A stretch of 64,000 nt of DNA from the human T2T-CHM13v2.0 reference genome, Homo sapiens: NCBI RefSeq assembly GCF_009914755.1, contig NC_060933.1. One strand, 5' to 3'. The translations under genes were made by a program, and so were the position numbers. The notes below the pieces were generated by a model. It did not search any database, had not been told where the DNA came from, and worked only from the letters and a program-made list of their open reading frames with translations. Positions 54,664 through 64,000 of the stretch are shown in pieces; the first letter of the stretch is position 1, and each line of letters opens with the position of its first letter.

Positions 54664-57600
54664 GTGGAATGGAATGGAAAGGACTGGAATGGAATGGAAT
54701 GGAATGGAATCAACTCGATTGTAATGGAATGGAATGGAATGGAATGGAATGGAATGGAATGGAATTAACCCGAATACAATGGAATGGAATGGAATGGAAT
54801 GGAATGGAGTGGGATGGAATGGAATCAACCCGAGTGCAGGGGAATGGAATGGAATGGAATGCAATGGAATGGAATCATCCGGAATGGAATGGAATGGAAT
54901 GGAATGCAAAGCAATGGAATCAACTCGATTGCAATGGAATGGAATGGAATGGAAAGGAATAGAATGGAATCAACCCGAGTGTAATGGAATGGAAAGGACT
55001 GGAATGGAGTGGAATGGAATAGAATGGAATGGAATGGAATCAACTCGATTGTAATGGAATGGAATGGAATGGAATGGAATGGAATTAACCCGAATAGAAT
55101 GGAATGGAATGGAATGGAACGGAATGGAATGGAATGGAATGGAATGGAATGGAATGGAATGAACCCGTGTGCAATGGAATGGAATGGAATGGAATGGAAT
55201 GGATTCAACTCGAATGGAATCAACTCGATTGCAATGGAATGGAATGGAATTGAAAGGAATAGAATGGAATCAACCCGAGTGCAATGGAATGGAAAGGACT
55301 GGAATGGAGTGGAATGGAATGGAATGGAATTAACCCGAATAGAATGAAATGGAACGGAATGGAATGGAATGTAATGGAATGGAATGGAATGCAATCAACC
55401 CGAGTGCAGGGGAATGGAATGGAATGGAATGCAATGGAATGGAATCATCCGGAATGGAATGGAATGGAATGGAATGGAATGGAATGGAATCAACTCGATT
55501 TCAATGGAAATGGAATGGAATAGAATGGAATGGAATTAACACGAATAGAATGGAATGGAATGGAATTGAATGGAACAGAAAGGAATGGAATGGAATGGAA
55601 TGGAATCAACCCAAGTGCAGGGGAATGGAATGGAATGGAATTCAATGGAATGGAATCATCCGGAATGGAATGGAATGGAATGGAATGGAATGGAATGCAA
55701 TGGAATGGAATCAACCCGAGTGCAATGGAATGGAGAGGAATGGAATGGAATGGAATGGAAACTACACGAATCGAATGGAATGTAATGGAGTGTAAGGGAA
55801 TTGAATAGAATAAATCCGAATGGAATGGAATGGAAAGGAATGGAATGGAATGGAATGGAATGGAATGGAATGCAATGCCATGGAATCAACCCGAGTGCAA
55901 TCGAATGGAATCGAATGGAATGGAATGTAATGGAATGGATTCAACTTGAATGGAATGGAAAGAATGGAATCAACACGAGTGGAATGGCATGGATTGGAAT
56001 GGAATGGAATGGAATCAACCCGAGTACAGGGGAATGGAATGGAATGGAATGAAATGGAATGGAATCATCCGTAATGTAATGGAAAGGAATGGAATGGAAT
56101 GGAATGGAATCAACTCTATTGCAATCGAATGGAATGGAATGGAATTAACCCGAATAGAATGGAATGGAATGGAATGGAATGGAACGGAACGGAACGGAAC
56201 GGAACGGAATGGAATGGAATGGAATGGAATGGAATGGAATGCAATGGAATCAACTGATTGCAATGGAATGGAATGGAATGGAATGGAATGGAATGGAATG
56301 GAATGGAATGGAATTAACCCGAATAGAATGGAATGGAATTAAATGGAACGGAACGGAATGGAATGGAATGGAATGGAATGGAATGGAATGGAATGGAATC
56401 AACCCGACTGCAGGGGAATGGAATGGAATGGATTGCAATGGAATGGATTCAACTTGAATGGAATGGAAAGAATGGAATCAACACGAGTGGAATGGCATGG
56501 ATTGGAATGGAATGGAATGGAATCAACCCGAGTACAGGGGAATGGAATGGAATGGAATGCAATGGAATGGAATCATCCGTAATGTAATGGAAAGGAATGG
56601 AATGGAATGGAAAGGAATGCAATGGAATGGAATGGAATTGAATGGAATCAACTCGATTGCAATCGAATGGAATGGAATGGAATTAACCCGAATAGAATGG
56701 AATGGAATGGAATGGAACGGAACGGAATGGAATGGAATGGAATGGAATGGAACGGAAAGGAAGGGAATGGAATGGAATAGAATGGAATGGAATAGAATCA
56801 ACGCGAGTGCAGGGGAATGGAATGGAATGGAATGCAATGGAATGGAATCTTCCGGAATGGAATGGAATGGAATGGAATGGAATGGAATCAACCAGAGTGC
56901 AATGGAATGGAGTGGAATGGAATGGAATGGAATGGAACAACACGAATGGAATGGAATGTAATGGAGAGTAAGGGAGTTGAATAGAATCAATCCGAATGTA
57001 ATGGAATGGAATGGAACGGAATGGAATTGAATGGAATGGAATGGAATGCAATGGAATGGAATCAACCCGAGTGCAATGGAATGGAGAGGAATGGAATGGA
57101 ATGGAATGGAAACTACCTGAATGGAATGGAATGTAATGGAGTGTAAGGGAAATGAATAGAACCAATCCGAATGTAATGGAATGGAATGGAACGGAATGGA
57201 ATGGAATGGAATGGAATGGAATGGAATGGAATGCAATGGAATGGAATCAACCCGAGTGCAATCGAATGGAATCGAATGGAATGGAATGCAATGGAATGGA
57301 ATCAACTTGAATGGAATGGAAAGAATGGAATCAACACGAGTGGAATGGCATGGATTGGAATGGAATGGAATGGAATCAACCCGAGTACAGGGGAATGGAA
57401 TGGAATGGAATGCAATGCAATGGAATCATCCGTAATGGAATGGAAAGGAATGGAATGGAATGGAATGGAATGGAATGGAATGGAATCAACTCGATTGCAA
57501 TCGAATGGAATGGAATGGAATTAACCCGAATAGAATGGAATGGAATGGAATGGAATGGAATGGAACAGAACGGAATGGAATGGAATGGAATGGAACGGAA

Positions 57601-60600
57601 CGGAATGGAATGGAATGGAATGGAATGGAATGGAATCAACGCGAGTGCAGGGGAATGGAATGGAATGGAATGCAATGGAATGGAAACTTCCGGAATGGAA
57701 TGGAATGGAATGGAATGGAATGAAATGCAATGGATTCAACTCGATTGCAATGGAATGGAATTGAATGGAATGAAATGGAATGGAATGCAATTAATCCGAA
57801 TAGAATGGAATGGAATGGAATGGAACGGAATGGAACGGAATGGAATGGAATGGAATGGAATGGTATGGAATGGAATGGAATGGTACGGAATAGAATGGAA
57901 TGCAACGAATTGTAATGGAATGGAATTGAATGGAATGGAATGGAATGGAATGGAATCAACGCAAGTGCAGGGGAATGTAATGGAACGGAATGCAATGGAA
58001 TGGAATCATCCGGAATGGAATGGAATGGAACGGAATGGAATGCAATAAACCCGAGTGCAATGGAATGGAGTGGAATGGAATGGAATGGAATGGAACAACC
58101 CGAATGGAATGGAATGTAATGGAGAGTAAGGGAGTTGAATAGAATCAATCCGAATGTAATGGAATGGAATGCAACGGAATGGAATGGAATGGAATGGAAT
58201 GGAATGCAATGGAATGGAATCATCCGGAATGGAATGGAATGGAATGGAATGCAAAGCAATGGAATCAACTCGATTGCAATGGAATGGAATGGATTGGAAA
58301 GGAATAGAATGGAATCAACCCGAGTGTAATGGAATGGAAAGGACTGGAATGGAGTGGAATGGAATAGAATGGAATGGAATGGAATCAACTCGATTGTAAT
58401 GGAATGGAATGGAATGGAATGGAATGGAATTAACCCGAATAGAATGGAATGGAATGGAATGGAACGGAATGGAATGCAATAAACCCGAGTGCAATGGAAT
58501 GGAGTGGAATGGAATGGAATGGAATGGAACAACCCGAATGGAATGGAATGTAATGGAGAGTAAGGGAGTTGAATAGAATCAATCCGAATGTAATGGAATG
58601 GAATGCAACGGAATGGAATGGAATGGAATGGAATGGAATGGAATGCAATGGAATGGAATCAACCCGAGTACAATGGAATGGAATGGAATGGAATGGAATG
58701 GAATGGAATGGAATGGAATGGAATGATACGGAATAGAATGGAATGGAAGGAAATGGAATGGAATGGAAAGGAATGGAATGGAATGGAATGGAATCGTTCC
58801 GAGTGGAATAGGAGGGAATGTATTCGAGTGGAATGGAAAGGAATGGAATCAACCAGAGTGGAATGGAAGGGAATGGAATGGAATGGAAACTAATAGAATG
58901 GAATCAACCCGAGTGGCATGGAATGGAAAGGACTGGAATGGAATGGAATGGAATGGAATCAACTCGTTTGTAATGGAATGGAATGGAATGGAATGGAATG
59001 GAATTAACCCGAATACAATGGAAGGGAATGGAATGGAATGGAAACTAATAGAATGGAATCAACCCGAGTGGAATGCAATGGAAAGGACTGGAATGGAATG
59101 GAATGGAATGGAATGGAATGGAATCAACTCGATTGTAATGGAATGGAATGGAATGGAATGGAATTAACCCGAATACAATGGAATGGAATGGAATGGAATG
59201 GAATGGAATGGAGTGGAATGGAATGGAATCAACCCGACTGCAGGGGAATGGAATGGAATGGAATGCAATGGAATGGAATCATCCGGAATGGAATCGAATG
59301 GAATGGAATGCAAAGCAATGGAATCAACTCGATTGCAATGGAATGGAATGGAATGGAAAGGAATACATTGGAATCAACCCGAGTGGAATGGAATGGAAAG
59401 GACTGGAATGGAGTGGAATGGAATGGAATGCAATGGAATGGAATGGAATGGAATCAACTTGATTGGAATGGAATGGAATGGAATGGAATGGAATGGAATG
59501 GAATGGAATGGAATCAACCCGACTGCAGGGGAATGGAATGGAATGGAATGCAATGGAATGGATTCAACTTGAATGGAATGGAAAGAATGGAATAAACACG
59601 AGTGGAATGGAATGGATTGGAATGGAATGGAATGGAATCAACCCGAGTACAGGGGAATGGAATGGAATGGAATGCAATGGAATGGAATCATCCGTATTGG
59701 AATGGAAAGGAATGGAATGGAATGGAATGGAATGGAATGGAATGGAATGGAATCAACTCGATTGCAATCGAATGGAATGGAATGGAATTAACCCGAATAG
59801 AATGGAATGGAATGGAATGGAACGGAACGGAATGGAATGGAATGGAATGGAATGGAACGGAACGGAACGGAATGGAATGGAATGGAACGGAATGGAATCA
59901 ACGCGAGTGCAAGGGAATGGAATGGAATGGAATGCATTGGAATGGAATCTTCCGGAATGGAATGCAATTGAATGGAATGGAAAGGAATGGTATGGAATAA
60001 ACCCGAGTGCAATCGAATGGAATCGAATGGAATGGAATGCAAAGGAATGGATTCAACTTGAATGGAATGGAAAGAATGGAATCAACACGAGTGGAATGGC
60101 ATGGATTGGAATGGAATGGAATGGAATCAACCCCAGTACAGGGGAATGGAATGGAATGGAATGCAATGGAATGGAATCATCCGTAATGGAATGGAAAGGA
60201 ATGGAATGGAATGGAATGGAATGGAATGGAATGGAATGGAATGGAATCAACTCGATTGCAATCGAATGGAAAGGAATGGAAATAACCCGAATAGAATGGA
60301 ATGGAACGGAACGGAACGGTACGGAATGGAATGGAATGGAATGGAAAGGAATGGAATGGAATGGAATGGAATGGAATAGAATGGAATGGAATGGAATCAA
60401 CGCGAGTGCAGGGGAATGGAATGGAATGGAATGCAATGGAATGGAATCTTCCGGAATGGAATAGAATGGAATGGAATGGAATGGAATGGAATCAACCCGA
60501 GTGCAATGGAAAGGAGTGGAATGGAATGGAATGGAATGGAACAACCCGAATGGAATGGAATGTAATGGAGATTAAGGGAGTTGAATAGAATCAATCTGAA

Positions 60601-60749
60601 TGTAATGGAATGGAATGGAACGGAATGGAATTGAATGGAATGGAATGGAATGCAATGGAATGGAATCAACCCGAGTGCAATGGAATGGAGAGGAATGGAA
60701 TGGAATGGAATGGAACAACCCGAATGGAATGGAATGTAATGGAGATTAA

Positions 60750-63700
60750 GGGAATTGAATAGAATCAATCCGAATGTAATGGAATGGAATGGAACGGAAT
60801 GGAATGGAATGGAATGGAATGGAATGGAATCAACCCGAGTGCAATCGAATGGAATCGAATGGAATGCAATGCAATGGAATGGATTCAACTTGAATGGAAT
60901 GGAAAGAATGGAATCAACACGAGTGGAATGGCATGGATTGGAATGGAATGGAATGGAATCAACCCGAGTACAGGGGAATGGAATGGAATGGAATGCAATG
61001 GAATGGAATCATCCGTAATGGAATGGAAAGGAATGGAATGGAATGGAATGGAATGGAATGGAATGGAATGGAATCAACTCGATTGCAATCGAATGGAATG
61101 GAATGGAATTAACCCAAATAGAATGGAATGGAATGGAATGGAACGGAACGGAATGGAATGGAATGGAATGGAATGGAATGGAACGGAACGGAACGGAACG
61201 GAATGGAATGGAATGGAATGGAATGGAAAGGAATCAACGCGAGTGCAGGGGAATGGAATGGAATGGAATGCAATGGAATGGAATCTTCCGGAATGGAATG
61301 GAATGGAATGGAATGGAATGGAATCAACCCGAGTGCAATGGAATGGAGTGGAATGGAATGGAATGGAATGGAACAACCCGAACTGAATGGAATGTAATGG
61401 AGAGTAAGGGAGTTGAATAGAATCAATCCGAATGTAATGGAATGGAATGGAACGGAATGGAATTGAATGGAATGGAATGGAATGCATGGAATGGAATCAA
61501 CCCGAGTTCAACGGAATGGAGAGGAATGGAATGGAATGGAATGGAAACTACCCGAATGGAATGGAATGGAATGGAGTGTAAGGGAATTGAATAGAATCAA
61601 TCCGAATGTAATGGAATAGAATGGAACGGAATGGAATGGAATGGAATGGAATGGAATGGAATGGAATGCAATGGAATGGAATCAACCCGAGTGCAATCGA
61701 ATGGAATCGAATGGAATGGAATGCAATGGAATGGATTCAACTTGAATGGAATGGAAAGAATGGAATCAACACGAGTGGAATGGCATGGATTGGAATGGAA
61801 TGGAATGGAATCAACCCGAGTACAGGGGAATGGAATGGAATGGAATGCAATGGAATGGAATCATCCGTAATGGAATGGAAAGGAATGGAATGGAATGGAA
61901 TGGAATGGAATGGAATCAACTCGATTGCAATCGAATGGAATGGAATGGAATTAACCCGAATAGAATGGAATGGAATGGAATGGAAAGGAACGGAATGGAA
62001 TGGAATGGAATGGAATGGAATGGAACGGAAAGGAAGGGAATGGAATGGAATAGAATGGAATGGAATGGAATCAACGCGAGTGCAGGGGAATGGAATGGAA
62101 TGGAATGCAATGGAATGGAATCTTCCGGAATGGAATGGAATGGAATGGAATGGAATGGAATGGAATGGAATCAACCCTAGTGCAATGGAATGGAGTGGAA
62201 TAGAATGGAATGGAATGGAACAACCCGAATGGAATGGAATGTAATGGAGAGTAAGGGAGTTGAATAGAATCAATCCGAATGTAATGGAATGGAATGCAAC
62301 GGAATGGAATGGAATGGAATGGAAAGGAATGCAATGGAATGGAATCAACCCGAGTGCAATGGAATGGAGAGGAATGGCATGGAATGGAATGGAAACTACC
62401 CGAATGGAATGGAATGTAATGGAGTGTAAGGGAATTGAATAGAATCAATCCGAATTTAATGGAATGGAATGGAACGGAATGGAATGGAATGGAATGGAAT
62501 GGAATGGAATGCAATGGAATGGAATCAACCCGAGTGCAATCGAATGGAATCGAATGGAATGGAATGCAATGGAATGGATTCAACTTGAATGGAATGGAAA
62601 GAATGGAATCAACACGAGTGGAATGGCATGGATTGGAATGGAATGGAATGGAATCAACCCGAGTACAGGGGAATGGAATGGAATGGAATGCAATGGAATG
62701 GAATCATCCGTAATGGAATGGAAAGGAATGGAATGGAGTGGAATGGAATGGAATGGAATGGAATCAACTCGATTGCAATCGAATGGAATGGAATGGAATT
62801 AACCTGAATAGAATGGAATGGAATGGAATGGAACGGAACGGAATGGAATGGAATGGAATGGAACGGAACGGAACGGAATGGAATGGAATGGAATGGAATC
62901 AACGCGAGTGCAGGGGAATGGAATGGAATGGAATGCAATGGAATGGAAACTTCCGGAATGGAATGGAATGGAATGGAATGGAATGAAATGCAATGGATTC
63001 AACTCGATTGCAATGGAATGGAATAGAATGGAATGGAATGGAATGGAATGGAATTAATCCGAATAGAATGGAATGGAATGGAATGGAACGGAATGGAACG
63101 GAACGGAATGGAATGGAATGGAATGGAATGGAATGGAATGGTATGGAATGGAATGGAATGGTACGGAATAGAATGGAATGGAACGAATTGTAATGGAATG
63201 GAATTGAATGGAATGGAATGGAATGGAATGGAATGGAATCAACGCGAGTGCAGGGGAATGTAATGGAACGGAATGCAATGGAATGGAATCATCCGGAATG
63301 GAATGGAATGGAATGGAATGGAATGGAATGGAATGGAATGGAATCAACCCGAGTGCAATGGAATGGAGTGGAATGGAATGGAATGGAATGGAACAACCCG
63401 AATGGAATGGAATGTAATGGAGAGTAAGGGAGTTGAATAGAATCAATCCGAATGTAATGGAATGGAATGCAACGGAATGGAATGGAATGGAATGGAATGG
63501 AATGCAATGGAATGGAATCAACCCGAGTACAATGGAATGGAATGGAATGGAATGGAATGGAATGGAATGGAATGATACGGAATAGAATGGAATGGAACGA
63601 AATGGAATGGAATGGAATGGAATGGAATGGAATGGAATGGAATGGAATCGTTCCGAGTGGAATAGGAGGGAATGTATTCGAGTGGAATGGAAAGGAATGG

Positions 63701-64000
63701 AATCAACCAGAGTGGAATGGAAGGGAATGGAATGGAATGGAAACTAATAGAATGGAATCAACCCGAGTGGAATAGAATGGAAAGGACTGGAATGGAATGG
63801 AATGGAATGGAATCAACTCGTTTGTAATGGAATGGAATGGAATGGAATGGAATGGAATGGAATGGAATGGAATGGAATTAACCCGAATACAATGGAAGGG
63901 AATGGAATGGAATGGAAACTAATAGAATGGAATCAACCTGAGTGGAATGGAATGGAAAGGACTGGAATGGAATGGAATGGAATGGAATGGAATCAACTCG
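60750..64000 (+). repeat. Older third copy of the ~39.0-42.3 kb segment (offset ~21700)
   Basis: Shared rare variants: CCCGAGTTCAACGG (39801/49562/61501), AACCCTAGTGC (40473/50229/62173), AATGCATGGA (39781/61481). ORF-track offsets are 21700 (39428 to 61128; 40735 to 62435). Confidence 0.85.

Larger units (their letters stand above)
199..62959. promoter_or_regulatory. Dispersed set of ~35 canonical heat-shock elements (nGAAn nTTCn nGAAn) within satellite units
   Basis: GGAATCTTCCGGAAT or its reverse complement (or variants changed only at n positions) starts at 199, 1043, 1891, 6228, 7076, 8772, 9700, 13631, 15507, 24295, 24975, 27720, 29313, 31066, 33571, 34300, 35759, 38737, 39580, 40417, 41250, 43113, 45530, 48498, 49341, 50178, 51006, 52864, 56844, 57682, 59944, 60443, 61280, 62117 and 62945. 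The motif match is seen directly; function is inferred. Confidence 0.65.
2780..64000 (+). repeat. Satellite III (HSat3) array, G-rich (GGAAT)n on + strand
   Basis: Continuous GGAAT pentamers with recurring modules CAACCCGAGT, CAACTCGATT, TAACCCGAATAG, CAACGCGAGTGCAGGGG and CAACACGAGT. No non-satellite insert seen. Runs off the right edge. Confidence 0.97.

Noticed and set aside
1-64000. Hundreds of ORFs up to 346 aa (MEWNG... / IPFHS... repeats)
   Set aside because: (GGAAT)n has no stop codon in any frame and supplies ATG every 5 bp. The ORFs overlap in all six frames with the same pentapeptide, so they are spurious translations of satellite DNA.
1-64000. CRISPR-like repeat/spacer reading of modules separated by pentamer runs
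   Set aside because: There are no unique spacers, no constant 23-50 bp repeat, no leader and no cas genes; the intervening sequences are themselves repeated.
1-64000. HSat2, telomeric repeat, DYZ1 3.6-kb or 1.8-kb regular higher-order repeat, or SCA31-type (TGGAA)n expansion
   Set aside because: No CATCATCGA-rich HSat2 modules, TTAGGG arrays or unique flanks are present, and landmark spacings are irregular with no constant 1.8 or 3.6 kb period.

Overview
The entire 64 kb window is classical satellite III-type DNA (HSat3): (GGAAT/CATTC)n interspersed with CAACCCGA(G/A)T-type modules, i.e. human or great-ape pericentromeric heterochromatin. It resembles, from memory only, the chr9q12 (pHuR98-type) SatIII family. 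I see no genes, RNA genes, transposons or unique sequence, and every listed ORF (MEWNG.../IPFHS...) is an artefact of the stop-free pentamer. The informative structure is within the satellite. (1) A strand inversion at ~2778-2781, with a possible ACGG microhomology and a 19-bp stem/9-nt loop, lies inside a divergent sub-block. (2) About 35 perfect three-unit heat-shock elements (gGAAt-cTTCc-gGAAt) occupy a fixed position in a ~0.84-kb higher-order unit; a one-base paralogue (CATCC) breaks the site, and there are HSE-free stretches. (3) A near-identical ~9.75-kb tandem duplication (35125-54663) has a junction that maps to a 37-bp identical tract. (4) Older, shuffled duplications and a short divergent island near 23.4-23.7 kb are also present. 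All counts and alignments were done by eye and need computational confirmation.
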